DNA of 64,000 bases from Candidatus Hodarchaeota archaeon (GCA_048886685.1 JBHLKM010000002.1:327532-391531), one strand, 5' to 3'; positions 37,690 through 49,117 are shown, counted from the first letter of the stretch. Numbers and translations are program-made. Notes: a model not told the origin generated them from the letters alone.

Positions 37690-38091
37690 TTACCATGGTA
37701 AAACGATAAGAGTAATATCAATAATCGCACTAATAATAATAGCCACAATCACATAAATTAAGAATGCTAACACTGTAATTACAATTGCACTTAGAAATCC
37801 GACATTATGACGAAAGCTTATAATTATCCATGTGATAACTAATGCTATTATCCATGCTACTATTCCTCCAAAAAATAGAAAGACTATAGCAAAAGCGATG
37901 GTTATAAGAAAAGAAGTGAAAAAAACTTGTCCAAAATCGGTGTGTGACGCTTTACTGAAAAATCCTAATGCGATTTTCAAGAAGATTGCCATAACAAGGA
38001 GTAAAATCAAATATAGCAGCAAAAACCACATTATTTCTTCAAATGTATCTAAAGATTCCAACCATTCTTCATTAAATATTTGAAACATCAT
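37690..38091 (-). CDS. Hypothetical membrane protein
   Basis: Four strongly hydrophobic segments. Confidence 0.65.
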   Translation of the reverse strand: MMFQIFNEEWLESLDTFEEIMWFLLLYLILLLVMAIFLKIALGFFSKASHTDFGQVFFTSFLITIAFAIVFLFFGGIVAWIIALVITWIIISFRHNVGFLSAIVITVLAFLIYVIVAIIISAIIDITLIVLPW

Positions 38092-38118
38092 GTCTATTGT
38101 TCACATCTCCTTAATTTG

Positions 38119-39138
38119 TTATTCTTCCACTAAATCAATATACAACAAATCTGAAAAAGTTTTGCGTTCTTCTTCCGTAGGTACCTCTCCGAGTTCCATA
38201 TGAAACCCTAATTTATCTAATATATTCATCATATATACTGGTTTTGTTTTAGATTTCATGTTTTCATTTAACCTCTCCCACGGTGGATTGAAAGTGAATA
38301 GAGGCTCTATTCCTTCATTCTTGAATTTTTCGACAACATCATCAAGATCATCTACAACAAAAGTAATATTATGTACATAAACACCATTTTTTTCTAAAAG
38401 GTTATACCAACTGCCCATTGGTGATTTAACTTTAACCTTAGGCTGACAATACTGTAGGACAACATTACTCAAATTTACATGTATAATAGGCATAAACGGT
38501 GTACTTAAAAAATTTGCAAACTCGATTTCCACTTTTTCAGAGCCAAAAACTTTGTTTAGAAGTTCATATGTCTTATTTAAATCAGGTGTAACTAATTCAA
38601 TATGCAACATTGGGGATACACTTCCAATTAATTCATCACGACCTGTAGCATATCGACTTTGGGGAAATACGTTAAACCCTTCTTTCACAGGATTATCACC
38701 AAATTCCAAGTGAAATCCAAGTTTTTCCATAGAATCCATCATAAAAACTTTCTTTACACCAGGTTTTAGGAACTGAGTTGGAATCATCTTGCCCCATTCT
38801 AAATCAAATGTAAAAAGAGGTTTTATACCTCCCAATTTTTCCATTTCCTTTGCGGTTTCTTCAGCACTTTCTACTCCAAAAGTTAAATTATGAACACCAG
38901 CACCCTTGGTTTTAAGTTGATTATACCAGGAGCCTTCTTCAACGCGGGGTTCGATGAATTGTAAAACTACATCACCAAGACCAACATGAATCACTTTATT
39001 ATATTCTCCATCTAAAAAGCCTGCAAATTCTTCCTGTACTTTCTCAGCCCCAAAGACATTATGAAGAATTTGATATGCTTTTTCAGCATCAGGAACCGTT
39101 ATTTCAATATGTATTAAATCATTAAATTTTACAGTCAT
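38119..39138 (-). CDS. Tandem VOC-family (methylmalonyl-CoA epimerase-like) protein
   Basis: Internal duplication HIEITVPD/HIELVTPD, GVHNLTF/YVHNITF, LGFHLEFG/LGFHMELG. Confidence 0.8.
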   Translation of the reverse strand: MTVKFNDLIHIEITVPDAEKAYQILHNVFGAEKVQEEFAGFLDGEYNKVIHVGLGDVVLQFIEPRVEEGSWYNQLKTKGAGVHNLTFGVESAEETAKEMEKLGGIKPLFTFDLEWGKMIPTQFLKPGVKKVFMMDSMEKLGFHLEFGDNPVKEGFNVFPQSRYATGRDELIGSVSPMLHIELVTPDLNKTYELLNKVFGSEKVEIEFANFLSTPFMPIIHVNLSNVVLQYCQPKVKVKSPMGSWYNLLEKNGVYVHNITFVVDDLDDVVEKFKNEGIEPLFTFNPPWERLNENMKSKTKPVYMMNILDKLGFHMELGEVPTEEERKTFSDLLYIDLVEE

Positions 39139-39366
39139 ATATATCTATCTCGATCTAACAAAATTTTGAAATTATAATTCTTAATTCCTCTGTATTTTTT
39201 AATTTTTTGGAAAAGGAATAATGAAGTAAATAGTAAGTCTTCACTTCTAAGAATTGTATGAATTGTATCATGAAAGAACTTTAAACTGTAATATTTAAAT
39301 AAGAAGTAAATAAAATTATCCTTGCTCTAAAATCCAATTAAATTAATATAGAAAGAGGCTAAAATT

Positions 39367-39687
39367 ATGCCGTATGTGTTAATAAAAACTTGGTTTCCAC
39401 CTCATAAAGCAGAAGAAGTTGCTGGTGTCTATACAGAAGAATTGAAAAATTATCCTCCTGATAGATCTTTGGGAAAATCTTTAGCTACTGCTATAAGATC
39501 AGATGAAAATGGTCTAGTATCTATTGAAATATTTGAAGCAAAAGAAGGGAAACTTGAAGACTCTCTAAACCACTACCAAAATGTTCAAATTATGTACCAC
39601 AAAATCGAAGGATTTAAATATGAGATAGATGTTTGGCGCACACCTGTCGAAGCAATGGCATTGCTTGGAATGAAATTACCTGAATAG
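39367..39687 (+). CDS. Hypothetical protein (small alpha/beta fold)
   Basis: 106-aa ORF with GAGG SD-like site. Confidence 0.65.
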   Translation: MPYVLIKTWFPPHKAEEVAGVYTEELKNYPPDRSLGKSLATAIRSDENGLVSIEIFEAKEGKLEDSLNHYQNVQIMYHKIEGFKYEIDVWRTPVEAMALLGMKLPE

Positions 39688-39722
39688 AAATGGATGAGAG
39701 ATTCTTTCAAACACTCCAAATT

Positions 39723-40928
39723 TTAATCTTTTTTTTTTATATTAAATATTGCTTCTGAAATTCTATTAAGGGCTACTTCTAAGATTGATTTTGGGCATGC
39801 AATATTGATCCTTTCAAAACCTTCCCCGCCTTGACCAAAAATATAGCCTTCATCTAGTGCCACTTTTGCTTTACCACGCATAAATTTTTCTAATTCTTTG
39901 TGCTCTAAACCCAATTCTCTACAGTCAAGCCAAATAAGATAAGTTCCCTCTGGTTCTATAACTTTTATTTGAGGAAGTTTTTTTTTGATATAAGTCTTTA
40001 AAAAATCCAGGTTTCCTTTAAGGTATTTTAGTAGAGCGTCTAACCAATTCTCACAGATTTCATGGCTATACGCAGTTTCCATTGCTGCTATAGCAAAAAG
40101 GTTAGGTCCACCAACACCCAGATTTGCTTGTGTATTTACAAATGTTTGACGAATTTTATGGTTTGGAATTATAATATTTGATATTCTTAGGCCAGCTAAA
40201 TTAAATGTTTTGCTAGTAGAAGTACATGTAACTGAATTTTGAGCGAATTTATCATTTATAGTGGCAAAATTAGTATGCTTATATTCTGGAAAAATTAAAT
40301 CACAGTGAATCTCGTCTGAGACAACTAAAATTTCATTTTTAATACAAATTTCCCCAAGTTGCGTCAACTCTTCTTTAGTCCATACACGCCCAATCGGATT
40401 GTGTGGATTGCATATGATTATCATTTTAGCCCTTGGATCTTGGGCTTTTTTCTCCAAATCTTCAAAATCCATTTGATAATGGTTGTTAGACAACTTTAAT
40501 GAATTTAAAAGGATTCTACACCCATTATTTTCAATAACAGGATAAAAAGGATAATATACAGGATTTTGTACAATTACTTTATCCCCAGGATTACAAAAAG
40601 CATTAACTGCAACATCTAAAGCTGGAATTACACCAGGAGTTTGACTTAGCCATTTTTTATCAATATCCCATCCATATCGTCTCTTGAACCAGCTTAGAAC
40701 AGACTTAAAAAATGAAGGAGGAATAGTTGAATAACCATATATTCCATATTCAGCTGTTTGAACTAACTTTTCGATAATAGGTTGTGGAGCTTTAAAGTCC
40801 ATGTCGGCAACCCATAAGGGTATTAAATCAGGATCACCAAAACGTTTTTCTAATACTTCCTTATCCCATTTTGCGGAATTAGATTTGGTACGATCAATAA
40901 CCTGATCGAAATTAAAATCAGTAGGCAT
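39723..40928 (-). CDS. MalY/PatB family PLP-dependent C-S lyase
   Basis: SAKWD, PLWVADMDF, CNPHNPIGRVW, SDEIH, SKTFNLAGL. Confidence 0.92.
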   Translation of the reverse strand: MPTDFNFDQVIDRTKSNSAKWDKEVLEKRFGDPDLIPLWVADMDFKAPQPIIEKLVQTAEYGIYGYSTIPPSFFKSVLSWFKRRYGWDIDKKWLSQTPGVIPALDVAVNAFCNPGDKVIVQNPVYYPFYPVIENNGCRILLNSLKLSNNHYQMDFEDLEKKAQDPRAKMIIICNPHNPIGRVWTKEELTQLGEICIKNEILVVSDEIHCDLIFPEYKHTNFATINDKFAQNSVTCTSTSKTFNLAGLRISNIIIPNHKIRQTFVNTQANLGVGGPNLFAIAAMETAYSHEICENWLDALLKYLKGNLDFLKTYIKKKLPQIKVIEPEGTYLIWLDCRELGLEHKELEKFMRGKAKVALDEGYIFGQGGEGFERINIACPKSILEVALNRISEAIFNIKKKD

Positions 40929-40930
40929 TT

Positions 40931-41845
40931 TTATAACCCTCGAAGATATTCTGGTCGACGTAGGTTTGGATATTTAATAGCTCCTTCAATAACCTTTAGG
41001 AAGGTTTCTTTATCTTCGGCTAATTCTCCTTTTAAGCTAACATAATTTGATGCATGGTTTGAGTTAAAGACGCACTTCTGTAAATCATCAGACGTATATT
41101 CTATCATTGTATATAATTCTTGAAGAATTTCGGTACTGGTACAAGGTTTGAATTCACCCATTGATTTCTGCTCCCATAATTCAGTTCCAGGAGTAACTCC
41201 TAATGTCAAGGGGGATATATACCACTCAATTGGAGTTGGTGGAGCCATTCTATTAATCAATTTAGCAGATTCAATTGCATGTTTTCTACTTTTTTCAGGA
41301 TCATTACCTGCAAGTCCTAATAAAAAAATTCCAGACCATGCTATTCCAGCTTTATAACATTTTTGAGCCGCAAGAGCAAAATCATCCTGAGTGGCTCCCT
41401 TTTTACAAGTTTTTAGAACCTCATCATCTCCACTTTCAATGCCCACATAAACCATTGTAAATCCGCTATCTGCTAGTCTCTTTAAGTCTTCATCGGATTT
41501 ACTCAGGATATCTTTCGCATGAGCATACGCACTAACTTTTCTGAGATTTGGATGAATTTTATGCGCATACTCAGTTAACTTAATAAGGATTTCAGGTTTA
41601 ACAACAAAAGCATTTCCATCTTCGAAAAATATTTTCCGTATTCGATTTCCATAATAAGCCCCTGCTCTCTTAATATCCTTTTTGATTTCTTCAATATCTT
41701 TACGAATAGAAAATGTTTTTGATCTATACATAGAGCAGAATGTGCATTTACGAGTGCATCCATTTGTTACTGCAATCAATAACGCATCCCACTCAGAAGG
41801 AGGTCTAAATACAGGATCGACCAGATTACCAACTACATAATTCAT
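40931..41845 (-). CDS. Radical SAM protein (RPPSE family)
   Basis: FRPPSE, CTRKCTFCSMY, GIESG, SNHASNY. Confidence 0.88.
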   Translation of the reverse strand: MNYVVGNLVDPVFRPPSEWDALLIAVTNGCTRKCTFCSMYRSKTFSIRKDIEEIKKDIKRAGAYYGNRIRKIFFEDGNAFVVKPEILIKLTEYAHKIHPNLRKVSAYAHAKDILSKSDEDLKRLADSGFTMVYVGIESGDDEVLKTCKKGATQDDFALAAQKCYKAGIAWSGIFLLGLAGNDPEKSRKHAIESAKLINRMAPPTPIEWYISPLTLGVTPGTELWEQKSMGEFKPCTSTEILQELYTMIEYTSDDLQKCVFNSNHASNYVSLKGELAEDKETFLKVIEGAIKYPNLRRPEYLRGL

Positions 41846-42039
41846 GGCTTACTCTATTTATAATATGTTTTTTTTTACTTTAACTTTTTGATTATACTTA
41901 CTATCCTCTTGAGAAAACTTTTTCTAAATTAGTAAGCTCTGCTTTTTTTTATAAATAATTTAAATACACTTTTGTTTCATGATCTTAATATACTAAAAAA
42001 GTAAAACAAATAATTCTAAAAAAAAGGATTGATAGACAT

Positions 42040-43530
42040 ATGAAAAAAATAGTTATAATCGGTGGAGGAATAGCGGGACTATCTGCTGGTTGTTATGCTA
42101 AAATGAATAGTTATGATGCCCATATATTCGAGATGCATAATCTTCCTGGAGGCCTTTGCACTTCTTGGAAGAGAAAGGGATATACTTTTGATAATTGTAT
42201 TCACTGGTTGACAGGTACTTCGCCCAATTCACCTTTTCATAGAATTTTTCTGGAACTGGGGGCTCTTCAGGGTAAGAAAATTTATTACAAGGAAATGAGT
42301 ATAAAATTATTCTTAAAAGACCAAATTATCAATCTCTATAATGATCCTGATAAATTAGGAAAGCAACTTAAAGAGATTGCTCCAGAAGACGGTGACATGA
42401 TAGATGAATTAGTAGATTCGTTAAGAAAGTTTTATCTACTGGATAAGATGCCTTTAACAAAACCTAAAGAACTTTTTACCATACTTGATATGATCAAAAT
42501 GATAAAGAGCTTCTGGCCCTTTATGAAGTTTTTTAGGAAATATATGAAAATTTCTGTAGATGAATTTGCAGATCAGTTTAAGAATCCTGTAATGAAGCAA
42601 ATTATACGATCTATGAAGGCTATTGCTACTTATAATGATAGTTATATTATCCCTTTTTTATTATCATCCAAGAATTCTGGTTTTCCTCAAGGCGGTTCTC
42701 TGAGTTTCGCAAAGAGTATAGAACAGAGATATAATAGCTTGGGCGGTAAAATACATTATGGTGCAAAAGTGAAAAAGATATTGGTAACAAATAATAAAGC
42801 TGTGGGCATACAATTAGAGGATGGCAAAGAGGTAAAAGCTGATATTGTTATTTCTGCTGCGGATGGTTATAGCACTATCTTTGAAATGTTAGCGGGCAAA
42901 TTTATAAATAAAAAAATTAGACATCTTTATGAAAATGTGCCTGTTGTCCCATCCAATTTGCACGTATCTGTTGGTGTAAATATGGATTTATCAGGTGATT
43001 CCAATCTCAACTCTATTTATTATTTATATGAACTTGACAAACCAATTATGATTGGAGGAGAAGAAAAGAAATATATCAGTATTAAAAACTATACTTTTGA
43101 TCCGACATTTGCTCCCAAAGGTAAAAGCACTCTTGTGGTTGCTTTCATTAGTGAATCTGCATACTCATATTGGGAAAAAATCTATCAGGATAAAGAAAAA
43201 TATAAACAGGAAAAGAAAAATGTGGAGATAGTAGTTATCTCCAGCCTGGAAAAGATAATACCTGGTATCAAAGAAAAAATTGAAACAATCGATGTGGCCA
43301 CACCTATGACCATAATTCGCTATACAAATAACTGGAAAGGCTCTATCATGGGTTTTACTAACCCTTTTTTGCTGAATATACCCAGAACATTACCTAAACT
43401 GAAAAACTTTTTTATGGTTGGTCACTGGGTAGGTGATGCAGGTTTACCAGGGGCAGCTCTAGGAGGTAGAGATTGCTTGGAGTATATATGCAAAAAAGAC
43501 AAAAAAAAGTTTGAAACTACTAAACCATGA
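42040..43530 (+). CDS. Phytoene-desaturase-like FAD-dependent oxidoreductase
   Basis: GGGIAGL, PGGLCTSW.RKGY.FD, DVATP.T. Confidence 0.85.
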   Translation: MKKIVIIGGGIAGLSAGCYAKMNSYDAHIFEMHNLPGGLCTSWKRKGYTFDNCIHWLTGTSPNSPFHRIFLELGALQGKKIYYKEMSIKLFLKDQIINLYNDPDKLGKQLKEIAPEDGDMIDELVDSLRKFYLLDKMPLTKPKELFTILDMIKMIKSFWPFMKFFRKYMKISVDEFADQFKNPVMKQIIRSMKAIATYNDSYIIPFLLSSKNSGFPQGGSLSFAKSIEQRYNSLGGKIHYGAKVKKILVTNNKAVGIQLEDGKEVKADIVISAADGYSTIFEMLAGKFINKKIRHLYENVPVVPSNLHVSVGVNMDLSGDSNLNSIYYLYELDKPIMIGGEEKKYISIKNYTFDPTFAPKGKSTLVVAFISESAYSYWEKIYQDKEKYKQEKKNVEIVVISSLEKIIPGIKEKIETIDVATPMTIIRYTNNWKGSIMGFTNPFLLNIPRTLPKLKNFFMVGHWVGDAGLPGAALGGRDCLEYICKKDKKKFETTKP

Positions 43531-43641
43531 TATCTTTTTAGATAGGAAATTGAATTTTACCTCTTCAATCAAATTTTTAAGTGTTCTAAAAGTAAAGTAC
43601 TTATTATCAAATTATGAAATAGTATAAACATTTATGTATAG

Positions 43642-44577
43642 GTGAGTAATATTCCTGAGAAATTAATGAGTATGAAAAAAGCAGTAAGTAAGTTTGTTCA
43701 CAATGATGATTTTGTATTTTTTGGTGGATTTGGGAACGGTATGACCTTTTCTGCCGCTCACGAAATTATTAGACAAAATTTAAGAAATCTTAAGGTAACC
43801 AAATGTGGGGGTGGTATAATGTTTGATCAATTAATAGGTGCAGGTGTCACCAATCATATCGTCACTTCACATTGCTGGAATGGCACCGGACCTCAACCAG
43901 CGTATAATCTAAGGCGAGCGACAGAAGAAGGAATACCTCAAAAGATAATTTATAATGAGCAGTCTCTTTTTATGATCAATATGTCTTTCTTTGCTGGTTA
44001 TATGGGAATTCCATTTGTCCCTATTCGTTCAGTAGTTGGAACTGGAATTTATGATCACCCTAAAGAAGTTGGATTAAAGGCAGCAAGAGTAAAATGTCCA
44101 TTTACTGGAGAAGAAATATGTGTTGTTCCAGCAATAAATCCTGATGTTGGATTTATTCAAGTTCAACGCGCAGATAGTGAAGGTAATGCACAATTGTGGG
44201 GATTAGTTGGAGATACTAAATATGGAATAAATGCATGTAAGAAGATTATTGTCGCAACAGAAGAAATTGTAGATAAAAAGGTTATTATGGAATCACCAGA
44301 ACGAACGATAGTGGGAGCGCATAAAGTTGATGCTGTTGTAAATGAACCATGGGGAGCTCATCCAAGTAGTATGCAAGGTCATTACTATACGGATTTAGAA
44401 TATAGATTTAACTATGCAAAAGAAACAAAGACTATAGAAGACTGGGAAAACTGGCTCGAAAAGTGGATAACCGGTGTCAATGACCGAGAGGAATACCTGA
44501 AAGTTTTAGGAAAGGATAAAATAAAGTTCTTAAAAGCTAAAAAAATAATACAAGGAGCGGTGAATTATGGTTACTGA
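43642..44577 (+). CDS. Family I CoA-transferase subunit A (glutaconate CoA-transferase-like)
   Basis: DQLIGAG, CPFTGE, QRAD.EGNAQ, EPWGAHPS. Confidence 0.88.
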   Translation: MSNIPEKLMSMKKAVSKFVHNDDFVFFGGFGNGMTFSAAHEIIRQNLRNLKVTKCGGGIMFDQLIGAGVTNHIVTSHCWNGTGPQPAYNLRRATEEGIPQKIIYNEQSLFMINMSFFAGYMGIPFVPIRSVVGTGIYDHPKEVGLKAARVKCPFTGEEICVVPAINPDVGFIQVQRADSEGNAQLWGLVGDTKYGINACKKIIVATEEIVDKKVIMESPERTIVGAHKVDAVVNEPWGAHPSSMQGHYYTDLEYRFNYAKETKTIEDWENWLEKWITGVNDREEYLKVLGKDKIKFLKAKKIIQGAVNYGY

Positions 44578-45394
44578 GAGGGAGTTTTGTACAGAATATA
44601 CTGGTTTTGAGATGATGCTAGTGTCTGCGTGTAGACAGATTAAAAATGATGACATTGTATTTAATGCCTTTCACTGGCCCTTTCTCGCTGTTCACATGGC
44701 GAAATTACTCCATTGTCCTGATCTTTTTTCAGTGTTAGAGGTTGGGTTATTTCAAGACGAACTTCCGAGACCAATTAAAATGCCCTACTCAATTAGCGAC
44801 CCCGTGTTAGTGCCTAATTCATTATTCGTTGGTGACTCGATTGATGCATTGTCAATTCTTCAAAGGGGTGAAATAACCGTAGCACTGTTAAGTACTTCCA
44901 TGGTTGATAAGTATGGAAATTGTAATACTACAGTAGTTGGTCCATATGAAAAACCAATTTATCGTTTACCCGGTGGAGGGGGTGCTACTGAGATTGCGGG
45001 CATGGCAAAAAGATTAATCTGGCTAATTGATGACCATACAAAACGTAGATTACCCGAAAAATTAGATTTTATAACTGATCCTGGATACTTAGAAGGATTT
45101 GATAGTAGGACTAAAGCGGGTTATCCTCCTGATACAGGTCCAGAAGTAATAATTACACCATTTTGTATAATGAAATTTGATCCAGAATCAAAAGAAGCCT
45201 ATTTAGATGCTTTACATCCAAATATTTCAATAGAACGAGTCAAGGAAAATACCGGCTGGGATCTAAAGGTTGCTAAAGAAGTTAAACAAATAGCTCCACC
45301 AACTCTGAAAGAAATAAAAGTATGCCGACAAACAATGAGAGATGCAGTTGATCAATATTTTGTATTAAAACCTGAATGGACTATATATCTCTAG
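44567..45394 (+). CDS. Family I CoA-transferase subunit B
   Basis: Catalytic Glu region VLEVG, DKYGN.N.T, RLPGGGGA, DFITDPG, ENTGW. Confidence 0.88.
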   Translation: MVTEREFCTEYTGFEMMLVSACRQIKNDDIVFNAFHWPFLAVHMAKLLHCPDLFSVLEVGLFQDELPRPIKMPYSISDPVLVPNSLFVGDSIDALSILQRGEITVALLSTSMVDKYGNCNTTVVGPYEKPIYRLPGGGGATEIAGMAKRLIWLIDDHTKRRLPEKLDFITDPGYLEGFDSRTKAGYPPDTGPEVIITPFCIMKFDPESKEAYLDALHPNISIERVKENTGWDLKVAKEVKQIAPPTLKEIKVCRQTMRDAVDQYFVLKPEWTIYL

Positions 45395-45487
45395 TTAATT
45401 ATATAACTAGCTTTCCCTTATTTTTATAAATTTTTAAGAGATTCAATATTGTTTAATTTAATAAATTAGAATTGAGGAGAATTAGAT

Positions 45488-46276
45488 ATGGAAAAAATTG
45501 AAGTAGTTAAGAAAGAGAAAATTGCGATCATTAAATTAATTGATGCTGAAAAGCTTAATCCCTTAAATATGGAAACTGCCAAAGAATTAACGGAATCATT
45601 AGAATCGCTGAAAAATGATACTGACATAAGATGTGTAATAATTACTGGTTCAGGAAGAGCTTTTTCTGCAGGTGGGGATTTAAGAAAATTTAAATCAAGT
45701 ATAGAAACTGGAACCTCTGGTAAAGAAATGGATGACCTATTAAAAAATCTTTATACGATTGCTTTAACATTACGTCTCTATCCTAAACCTGTTATTGCTG
45801 CCGTGAATGGATGGGCTGTAGGAGCGGGTATGAATCTCGCATTATCATGTGATTTCATAATTGCCTCAGAAAAAGCTCGGTTTAGACAATCATTCTCGAA
45901 GCTTGGATTAATTCCCGGATTTGCGGGAACAGTATTATTAAGTCGCCAACTTACTTGGCAACAAGCTACAGAAATGTCGTTTTTTGGAGATACCTATTCA
46001 GCAGAGGACTTAGCTAAACTTGGGTTGGTTAATGAAATTGCTCCTCCAGAAAAACTTGATGAAGTGACTTTACAATGGGCTCAAAGACTTGCGAATGGAC
46101 CAACACTGGCTTATGCTAGAACCAAAAAACTATTCTTCGATGCGTTGAGCGTCCCGTTGAGAGAACATCTTGAAAATGAGCGCCAAATGCAAATAAAATC
46201 AGCTGAAACTGAGGATTATAAAAGAGGAGTATTTGCCCTTATCGATAAAAAGGAACCGGAATTTGTTGGAAAGTAA
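45488..46276 (+). CDS. Enoyl-CoA hydratase/isomerase
   Basis: GRAFSAGGDL, KPVIAAVNG.AVGAG..LALSCD. Confidence 0.92.
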   Translation: MEKIEVVKKEKIAIIKLIDAEKLNPLNMETAKELTESLESLKNDTDIRCVIITGSGRAFSAGGDLRKFKSSIETGTSGKEMDDLLKNLYTIALTLRLYPKPVIAAVNGWAVGAGMNLALSCDFIIASEKARFRQSFSKLGLIPGFAGTVLLSRQLTWQQATEMSFFGDTYSAEDLAKLGLVNEIAPPEKLDEVTLQWAQRLANGPTLAYARTKKLFFDALSVPLREHLENERQMQIKSAETEDYKRGVFALIDKKEPEFVGK

Positions 46277-46292
46277 AAGAATCTCTTTGTCT

Positions 46293-46781
46293 TTATTTTT
46301 TAGCAGAATAAAACCTTGATAGTTTTGAAGCGGCAAAACAAGGTTTTGTTTCCCCCTCAACATAGATTTTAAAGTCAAATTCGACATCGTACGCGTCATC
46401 ACCAATCTCTTTAACATTTACTACTGATCCTACTAACCTAATACGCTTTCCTACTGGTGTTGGTGCTGGAAAACGAATCTTGTTCCAACCATAGTTTACT
46501 GTCATCCTAGTATTCACAGTTGTATATAACTGCGAAAAAAGCTTTGAAAAAGCAATAGAAAGCACCCAGTTACCATGTGCTACCGTTACCCCATAAGGAG
46601 ACTCCCTTTTAGCTCGTTCTGGATCAGTGTGGATCCATTGCATATCTCCAACAACCTTCCCATATGCATTTATTTCGTCTTGAGTAACTAAATACCAATC
46701 CGAGGTCCCAAGCTCTTTTCCAACATAATTCTTCCAATCTGATGGACTAATTTTTAACTGGTTCATAATCATTTTCCCCAC
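46293..46781 (-). CDS. MaoC-like (R)-specific dehydratase
   Basis: GDMQWIHTDPERA, VAHG, NYG.NKIRFPAP. Confidence 0.9.
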   Translation of the reverse strand: MGKMIMNQLKISPSDWKNYVGKELGTSDWYLVTQDEINAYGKVVGDMQWIHTDPERAKRESPYGVTVAHGNWVLSIAFSKLFSQLYTTVNTRMTVNYGWNKIRFPAPTPVGKRIRLVGSVVNVKEIGDDAYDVEFDFKIYVEGETKPCFAASKLSRFYSAKK

Positions 46782-47935
46782 ATTCGTATCATTTCTCTTG
46801 AAATTAGAAATCTCATAATTTCCGCTGATCCAGCACTTATTTGTCCTATTTTTGCATCTCGATAAAAACGTTCTACTGGATATTCTTCGGAGTATCCTAA
46901 TCCCCCGATAACTTGGACTGCTTCTTTGGTTATGTTGACAGCTGAATCGGCGATTCTAGCCTTAATCGCTGCTACTGTAGCTCTAACATAATGACCTTCG
47001 TCAAGCATTCGAGCTATTTGTGCTGTAGCGATTCTATTTAATTCTAAATCCATAAACATTTCACTTAATTTAAATGATACTCCTTCAAATGAATAGATTG
47101 TCTTCCCAAATTGTTCACGTTTGTGAGCATATTTATATGCTACTTCAAAAGCACTCCTTGCTAAACCAAGATATTGAGAAGCTGTAAAGGTTCTTTCCCC
47201 ATCGAGACCAAACATTAAAACTTCAACTCCCTCGTTTTCTTTATGAAGTAAATTCTCAGCAGGAACCCTACAATTATTGAATCTTAGATGAGAATTGGGC
47301 ATTCCTCTACGTCCCATATAGGTATAATCTTTTAAAACTTCAAATCCGGGCGTATCTGTTTCAAAAATAAATGCTGATATACCTTGTTGTCTCCTTACCT
47401 GATCGTTGGTGACGGCATATAAAACAAGATAATCGGCAACACTTCCATTAGTAATAAAACATTTTTCACCATTTAATATATAATAATCCCCATCTCTCCT
47501 AGCTCTTAAATTCATTCCACCTACAGCATCAGATCCACCTGTCGGTTCAGTTATACCTATTGCTCCAATTTTAGAACCATCAGCGATACCCGATAAATAC
47601 TTTTCCTTTTGTTCAGGTGTCCCATATTCAATAATAGGAGCAGCAAATAAGCATGATGATGCTCCAAATATAGTTGCGATAGCATAATTAAAAGCAGTTA
47701 ACTCTTCACCAAAAATAACACGATATAAGACTCCTTTCCCTAAACCCCCTATTTCTTCAGGAATCAAAATATTCAAATAGAGTTTCATTTTCCTTAACGT
47801 TTCAACTGCCAACTCTGTATTTCGTTCTTTATCTATCTTATCTGCTACAGGGTCGATATTATTTTGACACCACTCACGAACTTCCATTCTAAAATCGTTT
47901 TCTTCCTTGGTGAAATAATGTAATCTGTCAGGCAT
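46769..47935 (-). CDS. Acyl-CoA dehydrogenase
   Basis: ITEPTGGSD, LNGEKCFITNG, REQFGK, GGLGY, ERFYRDAKI; start placed at MPDRL (47935). Confidence 0.93.
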   Translation of the reverse strand: MPDRLHYFTKEENDFRMEVREWCQNNIDPVADKIDKERNTELAVETLRKMKLYLNILIPEEIGGLGKGVLYRVIFGEELTAFNYAIATIFGASSCLFAAPIIEYGTPEQKEKYLSGIADGSKIGAIGITEPTGGSDAVGGMNLRARRDGDYYILNGEKCFITNGSVADYLVLYAVTNDQVRRQQGISAFIFETDTPGFEVLKDYTYMGRRGMPNSHLRFNNCRVPAENLLHKENEGVEVLMFGLDGERTFTASQYLGLARSAFEVAYKYAHKREQFGKTIYSFEGVSFKLSEMFMDLELNRIATAQIARMLDEGHYVRATVAAIKARIADSAVNITKEAVQVIGGLGYSEEYPVERFYRDAKIGQISAGSAEIMRFLISREMIRMWGK

Positions 47936-48121
47936 GCATGAATATCCATATTTTAAATCTAAATCTTTAAAAAGTACTTGTCCTTGCATTTCAATCATTA
48001 ATAAATGTGACAATCTATTAAAATCTAAAATTAAGGATGTTTAATTAATTTTTTTTAACATTAAACTATAAAACCTATGTTTCAATTTCCATTTATATAA
48101 AAAAAATGAAATAGAATTAAT

Positions 48122-49054
48122 ATGGAGTATACTACTCTTGGACGTACGGGACTAAAAGTAAGCGTTATGGGATTAGGATGCGGAGGACCCAGTCGTATAG
48201 GACAAAGTACAGGAAATAGTGAAGAAGAATCGATACAAATAGTTAAAAATGCTTTAAAATCCGGGATTAACTTTATTGATACCGCCGAGGTTTACCAGAC
48301 AGAACGCATTGTGGGTAAAGGTATACAAGATTTCAATCGTGAAGATATTATAATCTCAACTAAAAAATCAACGTGGGGAACTCTTACACATAAGGATGTA
48401 ATGAAGAGCTTTGAAAGAAGCTTGAAAAACCTTGGAACAGAATATATTGATCTTTATCATTTACACGGTGTAATTCTGCAAGATTATGATCACCTATATT
48501 CAGAAATAGTGCCTACGCTTCTTGAATTGAAAGATCAGGGTAAAATACGTTTTATTGGTATCACAGAACGATTTAATCCTGATCCCAGTCATACAATGTT
48601 ACAAAGAGCATTGCAAGATGATGTTTGGGATGTAATGATGGTGGGATTTAACATTTTAAATCAATCTGCTCGCGATCTCGTCTTTGCAGACGCAATGAAT
48701 AAGAATATTGGTATTTTGATTATGTTTGCTGTTCGCCTTGCTCTTAGTAGACCTAAACGGCTTAGAGAATGTATTAATAAATTGATTGAAAAGAACCAGA
48801 TTGATCGCTCCGAGATTAATATAGAAGATCCACTCGAATTTCTAATACATGAGGGAGGAGCAGAAAATTTAGTGGACGCCGCATACCGTTTCTGTCGTTA
48901 TGAACCGGGAACTCATGTAATTCTTTCTGGTACAGGGAATCTCAGTCACTTGAAGGACAATCTTGACTCAATTTTAAGACCTCCACTTCCAGAAAAAGAT
49001 ATGATCAGACTTAAGAAGATTTTTAAAAATGTTGATTCAATTTCAGGTCAATAG
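48122..49054 (+). CDS. Aldo/keto reductase
   Basis: LGRTGLKVS, FIDTAEVY, STK, YIDLYHLH. Confidence 0.92.
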   Translation: MEYTTLGRTGLKVSVMGLGCGGPSRIGQSTGNSEEESIQIVKNALKSGINFIDTAEVYQTERIVGKGIQDFNREDIIISTKKSTWGTLTHKDVMKSFERSLKNLGTEYIDLYHLHGVILQDYDHLYSEIVPTLLELKDQGKIRFIGITERFNPDPSHTMLQRALQDDVWDVMMVGFNILNQSARDLVFADAMNKNIGILIMFAVRLALSRPKRLRECINKLIEKNQIDRSEINIEDPLEFLIHEGGAENLVDAAYRFCRYEPGTHVILSGTGNLSHLKDNLDSILRPPLPEKDMIRLKKIFKNVDSISGQ

Positions 49055-49117
49055 CAAAATATTTCATATAGAATAAAAAATTATCATCACTAATATATAA
49101 AAAAATTATATTTTACC

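Noticed and set aside
40931-41845. Radical SAM as maturase for the nearby sulfatase
   Set aside because: Lacks the Cys-rich SPASM extension of anSME
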